This document shows, piece after piece, positions 50,423-61,669 of a stretch of 64,000 bases of DNA (position 1 is its first letter; each line of letters opens with the position of its first letter). The stretch covers positions 5,022,001 through 5,086,000 of the forward strand of contig OZ024743.1 of the NCBI GenBank assembly GCA_964016885.1, in the 5' to 3' direction. The notes beneath the pieces are model-generated. The model was not told the origin of the DNA and searched no databases. It was given only the letters and a program-made list of their open reading frames with translations. Origin of the DNA: Eledone cirrhosa. Taxonomy: Eukaryota. A program made the position numbers and the translations under genes.

Positions 50423-51196
50423 AGCAGCAAAAACTCTACCCGAAAAGGAGAACTGGTCAACATCATCGGATGCTTCCAAAGTCGCAGGGGTTTTTTTTTC
50501 AGAGTTTCCCTCTCTTAGAAAGGTGTTGTGACAACAACTGGGGGTCTTTCACTCCTATGTGAAAAAAAAATTATATTTGGATAACTGTTTACTCTGCTGA
50601 GTTCCTCCGCCCTTTGCCTGGTCTTGTATTTCATCCCGCCAAGTGTTCAAATATCACCCTCCTCAACAAGCAAGCTTGGTGTGGTTGCCGGTTTAGTCAC
50701 CGACGACCCGATCATGAGACAGGTTGTACTGGGTTACACGTTACCAGTAGCACTCGAGAGCGTCACCCAAAATGTTCGTAAGCCAAAACTGTTTTTTCCA
50801 TACGAAATGTTGAGGGAGAAATACAGCGAGAGAGGGAGAGAGAGAGAGGCTGTGTGTGAAAGACAGATAGATATCACCATAGTAACTAACTACACAGCAA
50901 GCGATGTTTTCCCGCCGATACTTGTCGCCAACCGTTGTTGCAGGCTTGCGTGTTCGTTACTTGAGACGCTGTTTGTCACCCGAGACGTTTTATGTTCGGA
51001 AAAATTATTCGTGAACCGAGGTTCCACAACAAATGTATTAGTGTACGTCTATAAATGGGTGTACATGCAATGTAATAAATACATAAACAGGATTGCCAGA
51101 TCAATTTCCTGTAGAGGGAATCATTAACACCAAAATGCTGTGAAGTTCTGTCTGTTTCCAATAGCAAAACAGTTTTTAGTATTAATACCCACACCA

Positions 51197-51401
51197 AGGG
51201 CGGTGGATTGACAGTATCGGTAGAAGGTCGGACGCCATGCTTTGCAGCATAGAGTTACGGCCCTTTATTATCTGAGTTCAAATCCCGCCGAGGTTAACTT
51301 TGCCTTTCATCCTTACGGGGTCGATAAAATAAAGTACCAGTCACGACTTTACCTTCCCCTAAAATTGCTGGCCTTGTGCCTAAATAAGAAACCACTATTA
51401 A
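51197..51401 (+). mobile_element. tRNA-derived SINE, full length
   Basis: A/B boxes, core, tail. Confidence 0.88.
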
Positions 51402-51588
51402 TGTCCACACCAAGAAATGGACATCATCTGATACAACACACTCCAGCTCGTATTTCAACGTTGCACACTTTACATAAAAGTTTTAGCGGTATCGTATTTT
51501 ACCTTTCTCAAATTTAAAAAGATCGTTAATCTGCTCCTTATTAAAAAAAAAAATTAACGTACGTTTTGACCACTGCTTATTATATAAA

Positions 51589-52060
51589 CAGACCTGTCAA
51601 ATCTCCCCGTCCGACAGGGAGATCCCCCCACTGACTCTGGGTTGGGTGAGAGATGTCTTCTCTTGTGAAATGGGTATAGCTTTCATTATGTAAAATCGGG
51701 GTGGGCGGTGGATTGGCAGTATCAGTAGAGAGTCGGACGCCATGCTTTCCAGCATAGTTACGTCCCTTTACGATCTGAGTTCAAATCCCGCCGAGGTTGA
51801 CTTTGCCTTTCATCCTTACGGGGTCGATAAAATAAAGTACCAGTAATGTACTGGTTAATTGCTGGCCTTGTGCCTAAAGTAGAAACAATTATGTAAAATC
51901 GCTCCATTTTACCTCACTTCTCCCCGTTTTGGGGCACTTTTTTTCGTGGTACTCCCCGTTTTATTTGGCAGGTCTGTATACATTCATATAGTTAACATGG
52001 TACTCCCCGTTATATATGGCAGGTCTGTATACATTCATATAGTTATATTTGGCAGGTCTG
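51589..52060. mobile_element. MITE (TIR CAGACCTG(T/C)CAA) with triplicated right end, interrupted by a SINE; relative at ~12620-12742
   Basis: CAGACCTGTCAA at 51589; TGGCAGGTCTG three times 51966-52060; shared internal block with 12627-12715. Confidence 0.6.
51702..51901 (+). mobile_element. tRNA-derived SINE, full length
   Basis: 14-bp TSD ATTATGTAAAATCG at 51685-51698 and 51888-51901. Confidence 0.9.
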
Positions 52061-52454
52061 TATAATTTCATATAGTTTTCAAATAATCAAGATTTATTTT
52101 GAAAAAATACTTAGCTTGTTCAGACTTTGGCAATATTGAATATAAGATGCAAATGTCACATTGTCATGAAATGTCACATTGTCATGTATAATGAAAGTGG
52201 CACTGTATACTGCAGGACCACCCAGACTTCTAGCTCGTCACTAATTGCTGCCAACGAGTTTTGGTTGATTTTATTATATCAGGAAGCCCCTACGTATAAG
52301 CTCGGCCTGCTAGAAATAACAGCCAAATATCCCTCATTTCACAGCCTACCGTTTTAATTCATCTATAACTTTTACTGATCTGCTAAAATTATCATTGATA
52401 TTAGTTTTTAAATAAAATTAAGATTTTTAAGTAGCTCTAAAATATAATTATTAT

Positions 52455-52820
52455 TATTATTTCTGATATTAGCACAAGGCCAGCAATTATTGGTGGGGGT
52501 ATTATATTGACCCCAGGGCTTGACGAGGAATTTATTCTAACCCAGGAAGGATGAAAGACAAATTGATCTCGGCGGTATTTCATAATAATAACAATGATTT
52601 CTGATTTAGGCAGAAAGCCAACAATTTCGGGGGGGGGGGGGGGGGGGGAGTCGACTAAATCGACCCCAATGCATTACTGGTGTTTTACTTTATCGACCCC
52701 CGTAAGGATGAAAGGCAAAGCTAACCTCGGCTGGATTTGAACTCAGAACGTAAAGAGCCGTAACTCTATGTTGCAAAGCATGTCGCCCGACACTCTACGG
52801 ATTCTGCCAATCCACCTCCC
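52455..52820 (-). mobile_element. Two SINE copies (one partial, one full)
   Basis: Core and B box on minus strand. Confidence 0.82.
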
Positions 52821-52829
52821 GAAATCAGT

Positions 52830-53215
52830 TTTCATTGTGGTGTCGGCCCAATAGTCGGTTCCGTCCTACACGTGACAATAGTTGTTCGACAAAACTCCAC
52901 AAGTCAGTAATACTTTGACTCTGGACGAGTGTTTGTAGAACGGTTTCGTCATTCTGTGCGCGTCTCAGACCGTTCGATATAACAGCACTTCCGTGCTTGT
53001 AGAGTTTGTCTCGAACTAGCAGTGAATTTCCAAAAGCACTGCTAGGCCAAGAATTTCTGGAAATTATCCATAGGCTCCGGACCGAAAGTCCTTCGGAACA
53101 GACTTGCTTGTTCGTTCTGGTCAACGCCAAGAGTCTCCCCGAGAACAACGTCGCACCTACTCGCCACTAGTCATCTATAGAAAACTAATGTGGAATTTCC
53201 TCTGACCACATTGCC
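52830..53215 (-). mobile_element. Old Tx1/L1 ORF2 3' fragment
   Basis: LVRDKLYKHGSAV..AQNDETVLQTLVQ..DLWSFVEQLLSRV. Confidence 0.85.
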
Positions 53216-54138
53216 TGATAATATTACAAATGCCAGGCGCTTAGTCCCTATGACTGTCTTGTGATGGTGACGGGGTGTTTTTTTATTTTTATTTTAGAGG
53301 CATAATTTTCAAATATAATTGCAATATTTGAGCCGAAGGCCCAAATATAGTGGAGTCGCCTTTTCTGCGTGCAATGTATGGCGCACTGTTTACAAACATG
53401 ACAAACATTTTGCCAAGGAACGTTATGCAAACAAGTAAAATCAACAAAACTTATGGAGTAAAAGTATGCGTGACGACTACTTGAGAAACCAATAATAATA
53501 ATAAATAAAAATATAAAAAAATAGCGTGCAGTTCTGAAAAGTAGCATAATCCGCTACTTGTAACCAAATCCGGTAACCCAGTACGGGAACACATAACATT
53601 GTTTTTGTTTTGTATCGTGTTTGCTTTATTTTGTCTTGCGGTTAATGTTTTTTTACACCCACTACCATTCCACTTCATAAATGTCCCAATTTAACTTCAC
53701 ATTGTGAGGTCATCGGTACAGCAGTCTCCTGCATCGGACATTATCTCAGCTGGTCCCATACTCCCTGTTCACCGCCTGCCAATCGACCTTTCCGTAGCGT
53801 TGTCATACTTTACTTGCCACACTTGCTCACACGTGTCCTTAGTCCATCTTCCCATTCACTGTAGTCATTCCGTGAACAAAGAATAACACTAAATCAGAGT
53901 TCAAAAGTATAAATACACACAGAAGAGAACTACAACAGACGAGGGTACGCTTTCTTTTATTTCTTTCCTTGTTTCAATCATTAGACTGCGGTCATACTGG
54001 AGCACCACTTTCATTCCTCACCCACCCCCATTCCTTAATTTTTCAAATTCGGTACCAAATTTATCGATCCCTTTTGTCGATCCTCTAGTTTACGGAACAT
54101 AAATACAGATAGATAAAAAACGTAAATCACGTCACACC

Positions 54139-54230
<92 letters not shown>

Positions 54231-54491
54231 GTTTTCTGCAGTTGCCATCTGCCAGATTCCACTTGCAAGGATTAGACACCCTGATGCTATAGTAAAAGAT
54301 AATTGCCCAAGGTTCCACGCAGCGGGGGGACTGAAGTGACAACCAGGCATTTGCGAAATGAAGACCTTAACCACTCAGCCATACTTGCGCCTACATGTGT
54401 CTGTATGTGTGTGTTAAAGGTTTGACCTAACTCCGAATTCAGCGGTTTCAAGATGAAAATACGTCTATTTCTCTATTACGTGTTTTCAGCC

Positions 54492-54646
54492 GATAGGGTG
54501 GGGCACTGCTGGGATACCACACGTCATTAGATAGGGTGGGGCACTGCTGGGATACCACACGTCATTAGATAGGGTGGGGCACTGCTGGGATACCACACGT
54601 CATTAGATAGGGTGGGGCACTGCTGGGATACCACACGTCATTAGAT
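54492..54646. repeat. 38-bp tandem repeat x4 (GATAGGGTGGGGCACTGCTGGGATACCACACGTCATTA)
   Basis: Four identical units. Confidence 0.93.
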
Positions 54647-54970
54647 TCAGTAGTTGACTTAGACGAACTAGACAGCTGCCTAGAACGTAGATTTTAGAGA
54701 TGCGCATTACTGAACCTTAGGTGAAATTTATATAATTAAATTTTATATATATATAAATATATATATATAAATATATTGTTATACTTTGGGAGGGTCATGT
54801 TGCCAATAAGAAACACACGCACCAGTTGCTTTCACTTCAATTTATTATATATTTATAAATTTACAAATTTATAAATTTCTGGTTGGTTGGTTGGTTCCCA
54901 AAGTATAACAATATCGGTTTCAACACACGATTTCAGATAAAGAATCTTGCTAAACAAATTCAGAAACGAA

Positions 54971-55040
<70 letters not shown>

Positions 55041-55568
55041 ACTTACGTTTACCGAATTCGCAGAGCAGACCCCTTCTTCCTCCCGTTAGACCTGTGCGAA
55101 ATTCCTTCCTTGCTCACATTTCAACCAGGTTTGATGGTCTTTATTCTCTCGTTCACGATTCCACCGAATTTATATTCATAGAAATCTGGGACTTGTTTCT
55201 TTCTTCTTCATCACTTTCTGTTGCTTAAACCATTTTGTTTGTTTACCCTAGCGTCCCCTTTATTTACGTGTCCCAACGACTTTTTTTAGCCGTTGCTCGC
55301 ACCAACCTGAGGTATATGGCCTTTAATGCGACAAAATGCCTACGACGGTTGGAAGGCCACTGATGAGGACAAACCTTTTCATATGTAACCCCTTTGCAGC
55401 GCCGCAGCTCCATTATTATCATATATATATATATATATGCAAAAGTTCTATTTAAATTGTTGGGATACAACAAGCAAATATTATTATAACTGATATAAAG
55501 CACTCGACAAATATTTGGAGTAGATATACAATATTAATAAATGGAAACTATATTTATAAAACCATATT

Positions 55569-55633
55569 TATTTCATTATAGATATTTCAAGGATACCAAG
55601 TTAAATCATGGTATGCCTTCATCAGACAAAATA
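55569..55633 (-). ncRNA. Minimal type-I hammerhead motif (family B)
   Basis: Reverse complement of the 55784-55848 motif. Confidence 0.75.
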
Positions 55634-55783
55634 CAATATATAACAGTTTTACAAATAGATATGGACGTACCCTTTCAAAAAGGTGACCGTTGTTTTTGGA
55701 GGCCATCCGGATAGCCTCCAAAAACAACGGTCACCTTTTTGAAAGGGTACGTCAATATCTATTTGTAAAACTGTTATATATTG

Positions 55784-55848
55784 TATTTTGTCTGATGAAG
55801 GCATACCATGATTTAACTTGGTATCCTTGAAATATCTATAATGAAATA
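55784..55848 (+). ncRNA. Minimal type-I hammerhead motif (family B)
   Basis: TATTTTGT-CTGATGA-AGGCATACCA..TGGTATCCTT-GAAA-TATCTA-TA-ATGAAATA. Confidence 0.78.
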
Positions 55849-55888
55849 AATATGGTTTTATAAATATAGTTTCCATTTATTAATATTG

Positions 55889-55919
<31 letters not shown>

Positions 55920-56314
55920 ATAATTTCCTGCGATCAATAATTAAATCACAGCGTTTCGAAAATATCTAAAATGCTGGACAGTGTCATATGGTGTTATGAC
56001 ATGTCACATGATTTGGCGTGGGGGAATATGAACAGTGTAGTGGAAAATGCAAGCATATTAATTTTCCTGGTGTCGTCTGATAAAGAAATGTTAAAAGCTA
56101 GGTTCATCAGCTTACCAAATTGAAAATATTTTATTGGGCAAAATGGAGTGCTTAACTAGAAGAAGAGGGCACATATTGTAGAGCCTAGGGCTCTAAATAC
56201 CCAGGTGCCGGGGTCGTCTTGAATACAAACAGATACCGATGCCTGGACTTAATCAATATGCACAGATTAATCAATGAAACTCATACTGTTCAGTTATGAA
56301 ATTTGTCATGGTGC

Positions 56315-56425
56315 CAAATCCCGCCGAGGTTAACTTTGCCTTTCATCCTTTCGGGGTTGATAAAATAAAGTACCAGTAATACATTGGTTAATTTCTGGCC
56401 TTGTGCCAAATGTAGAAACAATTAT
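56315..56425 (+). mobile_element. 5'-truncated SINE
   Basis: Core and tail only. Confidence 0.8.
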
Positions 56426-56849
56426 AAATAATACAGCTTATACTCGAAATGGGAATTTTTCAAAAATCTAATCGTAAACTGTATGTATATTTTCGAACGT
56501 GAAACAAAATGATTGATTTTCTGCTTGAACCAAGGAAACTATATTTCCTCTCGTCTTATCATTGCTGCATACATTGAACAAGATATTTAATTTCACGTTG
56601 CTCCTTCTGCCAGGAAAATGTTCTAATCAATTCACATGATCTAATACACGGTAAATGATGGCTAAAAGACTTAAAACACTAAAAAAATGTTTAAAATGGC
56701 CATTACAGATGTTTCCCAGACACTGGCTCATGGCACTTACCTAAAGAAATTGTGCAATTCTAAATTCTTTTTTAAATAAGACCTGGATCATGAAAATATT
56801 TTTTACTGTATAAAGAACAAATTCAAGTTATAAATGGTTAATTGATAAA

Positions 56850-56926
<77 letters not shown>

Positions 56927-57024
56927 GCAATGAAATATCTATGATCGTCGGCAAATCACTGATGAGGGACTTATTTTATTATATGTTATCCATGTGCTAC
57001 CAGCAGTATTTTTCTCCCCATTTT

Positions 57025-57091
<67 letters not shown>

Positions 57092-57190
57092 TTAACTATA
57101 TTCTTAACAAAATCGTAGAAATGCTTGCCAGCATTTCTACGATTTTGCGTTTCATTTCGCTTTTTCTACCAACCGAAATACGATTCTCGC

Positions 57191-57258
<68 letters not shown>

Positions 57259-57264
<6 letters not shown>

Positions 57265-57626
57265 GAGTCAAAATTATGTTAACACCAGTATGGGAGAAAT
57301 CATTTATCCAGAATTTACTGAACAGTCTCAACCTGGTCCCCAGCAGGATCAATACACAAAAACCAGCGATCAACAGTACAATTTAGTGCCTTGACACACA
57401 TTTCGCGGGGAATACTTGATATGACACCTTGTATTGCGTCCTTGAGTTCATCGATGTCTGTAACTTTTTTGCTATACACGCACTCCTTTACCATGCCCCA
57501 TAACCAGAAGTCACAGGGTGTCAGATCAGGTGAGTGTGCAAGGCCAAGCCAATGGTCCACCGCGACCTATCCAACGATTTGGAAATGTTTGATCGAGAAG
57601 TGTTAATATAATTTTGACTCACCCTG
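57259..57626 (-). mobile_element. Internally deleted Tc1/mariner element in (TA)n/(GA)n
   Basis: ~27-bp TIRs (CAGGGTGAGTCAAAATTAT.TTAACAC), TA flank; transposase C-terminus SPDLTPCDFWLWGMVKECVY. Confidence 0.85.
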
Positions 57627-58138
57627 TATATATATATATATATATATATATAACATAGTTAATATAATGTTAAAGCTTCCATTGGGGGAATACAAGTTTG
57701 ATAAACTATTAGAAAGTTTCCCTCACATCATCTCCCTAACTGCAGTTTCTTGAATTAAGAAACAATATTAATTATCCCAATATTGGAAGAAATTCTATCA
57801 GAGAGATTCTTTTGATATAGAAACATATTCAATAGTATACGAACATTGACCTTATCAAACAGCATGATGAGTTGAATAACGCGAACATCATTCGACTACC
57901 AAATGAATGAGTGTGTATCAGAACAATATGACAGGTTCGTAGTGATGCTAGAAATAACGTACATTATACCCGCCTACCAACTCAATGATTAAGGAGTAAC
58001 ACATTTCAGACAGGTATTTGCCACTAATATACTTGGCCATCTCAATGAAAAGAATGAGAAGAACATTTAAAACTAATATTTGAAAGTTTCGCTCAAATCG
58101 TCTCCCAAACTGCAGTTTCTGGAATTAATTGCTTAAGA

Positions 58139-58305
58139 CAGGGTTTCCCAAGCTTTTTTAAACTCGGAACCCTTTTTAGTTCAGAAACTTTTAGGGGAAC
58201 CCCAAAGTCTAATACTGTTTTATGGTCGTAATATAAATATACTCCTCTACCTTGTTTCAGGGAACCCCAGACACTCTTTTGCGGAACCCACTTTGGGAAC
58301 CATTG
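58139..58305. mobile_element. hAT (Charlie-like) MITE
   Basis: CAGGGTTTCCCAAG / TTTGGGAACCATTG TIRs; TSD GCTTAAGA/GCTTAAGC. Confidence 0.78.
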
Positions 58306-59909
58306 GCTTAAGCTATAGTGACGGATTGGCAGAATCGTGTTAGCATATTGGATTACATGCCTCAGTATTTGATCCGACTGTTTGCACTCTGATTTCAAAT
58401 CCCACCAAAGTAAATTTGCTTCTCGTCCTTCCAGAGTTGATAAATAATGTACCAGTCCAGGGGCAATGGTTTGACTAAATTGTTAAAGAGTCTTTATCTG
58501 TTCTGCCTTTCTTCGTTCTGAGTTCAAATCTCGCCTCCAGTCACATGAAAAGCAATAATGCTTCAGCCAGTAGTTGCAACTGGCAGATGGAAATAGCAAT
58601 GGAAAATAAAAAAGAAGCCAATCGTCTGATCCAACCAAGAAAACAATGTTTCCATTTGTCTTTTTATTCTTGATACTATATGCCAATCATAGCTCCTGGC
58701 AGAAGGAGCAACGTAAAATTAAATATTTTGTTTAATGAAAATACTAGAGGGAATGTCGTTTCCTTGGTTCAAGCAGAAGATCAGCTCCTTTGTTTCTTTT
58801 AAGCTAACAATGGGTCATAAACATTCTTCCAATCACGCATTTACATAAATGCTGCACTATACCGCATTGCACTGCACTCCAGAGCGTTTTGCGCTGTATT
58901 TTTCTCTGCACTGCCCTACACCTGTTAAACTGAAGCAAACAACATAAAAATCAAAGCCACTTCTTTCAGTACCTGTTAACCCTCGGTCGAGATTGCTTGA
59001 CACCTGATAGCCAGCTGATACACCCCACTTGTCTCACCACATCCACACACACACACCACCACCACACCATTACCCATCCACACACACATATACACTCAAC
59101 ATCCGTCCATTGCATATGCCACCCTATAGCGACGTTTATCCATCTATCCATATATATACCCATTCTTTCAGTCAGCCAGCCATCTCTCCGTCCACCATTC
59201 CCACTGCCTCACCTGTAAAAGTGTATTTCGGAAGCTAGTGTATTATTCAGTAAAGCTAATTTCGGATTTTCTTTTCTTGTGGGATGGGGGACTAAGACGT
59301 GTGCTGTACATTTTTGGTTTTGTTGTTGTTTCTATTTATTTTGTTTGTTATTACTTTTTATGTAAGTTACCCTGGGTAGTTGGACATTTCCCTCTTTTCC
59401 TTAATATTAACAGTACATATTCCTATAGCCACCACCATCTCTCTTTGTTTTTAGTGTTGTTGTTGGTGGTGGTGGTGGTGGTGGTGGTGGCGATGTTGAA
59501 GGTGGTGGAACTTGCCCTCACCACCACCATGGCATAGTATATAAGCATAAGCATGGCATCTATTTCAGTAGTCTCCTTCCTTCCATTTTAACACCTGTGA
59601 TGAGGTGCGTGCAAATCAGCCAAACCCAAGCCAACCCAGCCCATCCCTCTATATGAATCAGCTAAGTCTGGGGGGGGGGGCATAGCGAGCGTGCCAGCAG
59701 GCCGATGAAATTCATCCGGACACGTGGGACTTGAAGGCTTCACCTGTCGTTGAATGACTTGTGTTCTCAGCAAGGGTCTACTGAAGGGCTTGTTTATTTC
59801 TTAGCTCTCTGTTTTTACTTTGTTGTTGCTTTGTTGTTGTTTTTTTTTTTGGTGGAGTGGTGAGGTATAATATTTTTATGGATGGTCAGATCACTACCTT
59901 TCTTCTAGC

Positions 59910-60123
59910 CTCTCTTTCTCTCTCCCTTTCTCTCTCTCTCTCTCTATCTCTCCCCCTCTCTCTCTATCTATCTATCTATCTCCCTTTCTCTCTCGCTCTC
60001 TATCTCTATCTCTTTCCCTTTCTCTCTCTCCCTCTCTCTCCCTTTTTCTCTCGAACACATACACTCTCACTCTCTCAAACACATTCTCGCTTTCTGTCCT
60101 TCTCTCACATTCTCTCTCTCTCA

Positions 60124-60192
<69 letters not shown>

Positions 60193-60352
60193 GGTCTGTT
60201 AGGTAAAAGGATGAATAAGTGATTAAGTAAAGAAGAGATGAGAAGAAGAAGAAGAAGAAGAAGAAGAAGAAAATAATGATGATGATGGTTCAGTGTGTTA
60301 ATATTGAGATAAAACCGAAATATTTCCAGCAGCATCAGCAACAAGAACAACA

Positions 60353-60396
<44 letters not shown>

Positions 60397-60573
60397 CACT
60401 GCGACTACTGCTGTTGCTGCTATTGATGATGATGATGATGATGCTGTTGCTGCTACTACTACTACTACTGCTGCTGCTATTAGTACTACTACTACTGCTG
60501 CTGCTATTAGTACTACTACTACTGCTGCTGCTATTAGTACTACTACTACTGCTGCTGCTATTAGTACTACTAC
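59910..60573. repeat. (CT)n, (GAA)n, (ACT/GCT)n microsatellite cluster
   Basis: Seen directly. Confidence 0.93.
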
Positions 60574-61150
60574 GGTATGTGAGGGCGTATCAGTTCCAAG
60601 AAAGAATAACGATTTCAAAGTGAGCGCATCGTAGATCAAAGTGAGATTCGCAATTTCAAAATGACCCATCACTTCAATGTGGGGATAGTGATTTACAAAG
60701 CGAGATTATGCCACTTTAACAAAACCTAAACTTACTTGATTTAAGGGAGAATAGTTAGCAGTCATGGCTATTTCTAGTCGAGGTGGGTTGCAGGGGATTC
60801 CCGGCTCATTCAATATGGAGAAGGCTCAATGCCATTGGAATGACAGAAAGAGAGAAGAACGTTGTAGTTCGCAGGATGGGAGAGGCAGCAGAAAGGGCCT
60901 TTTGTTGGCTTTGGAGCAGGAGAGAGAAGATAAGATGGAAGACAGAAGGCGAAGATGGGTAGTAATTTGGCCACCAGTGGTGATCCACCACCAAGAGAGT
61001 GTTACGGTTGAGGATCTAAACACCAAATGTTGGAGACTGATGAAATAAATATCCTCTGGTCAAGGTTATGTTCTCCGAAGGTGAATGAATGTGAGGCATT
61101 TTCTTAAAGATGTAATTATGCCTACAATTATCCAGTAACTATACATATGT

Positions 61151-61201
<51 letters not shown>

Positions 61202-61669
61202 TAAGAGGAATTCCAACTTTGTCTGATTTACTCGTTTTATTTACAATCCTTTAAAATTTATAATGGTATTATAATGAAATAGTATGATAGAATATTAAAT
61301 TCTAAGTGTTAATTGAACAAGTACTTTCATGCTTTCACAATCTTAAGGTTCATAATGTGTGGTGACAGTCAAGTTTGCAATTTTCAACTGTAATAAGATG
61401 GGTAAATTTTCTACCTTTTATACATTTTATACAGGGAAAAGTAGCTCCAGAATCCTAAGTCTTGCAAACTGTATTTCGACCAATCAGTGTGTAGTTTCAC
61501 TGTATTGCTAAAGCTGATTGGTTTAAGCGTCATGGCTGGTTGAGCATGTCTAACGACCAATAATTAATCATATCCAAAGCATCAATTGTTTTGCTATTTT
61601 TAGAAATGATGAAAATAGCATTTTCTATTAATCATCACCATCAACATCACTTTTATTATTATTATTATT

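Larger units (their letters stand above)
55524..55893. repeat. 370-bp spacerless near-perfect palindrome of the family-B element
   Basis: Centre ATCC|GGAT at 55708/55709; about two mismatches seen; ends in (TA)n. Confidence 0.92.

Noticed and set aside
50740-51030. Tigger-like MITE (right end AACCGAGGTTCCAC)
   Set aside because: Only one TIR-like end visible and no TSD
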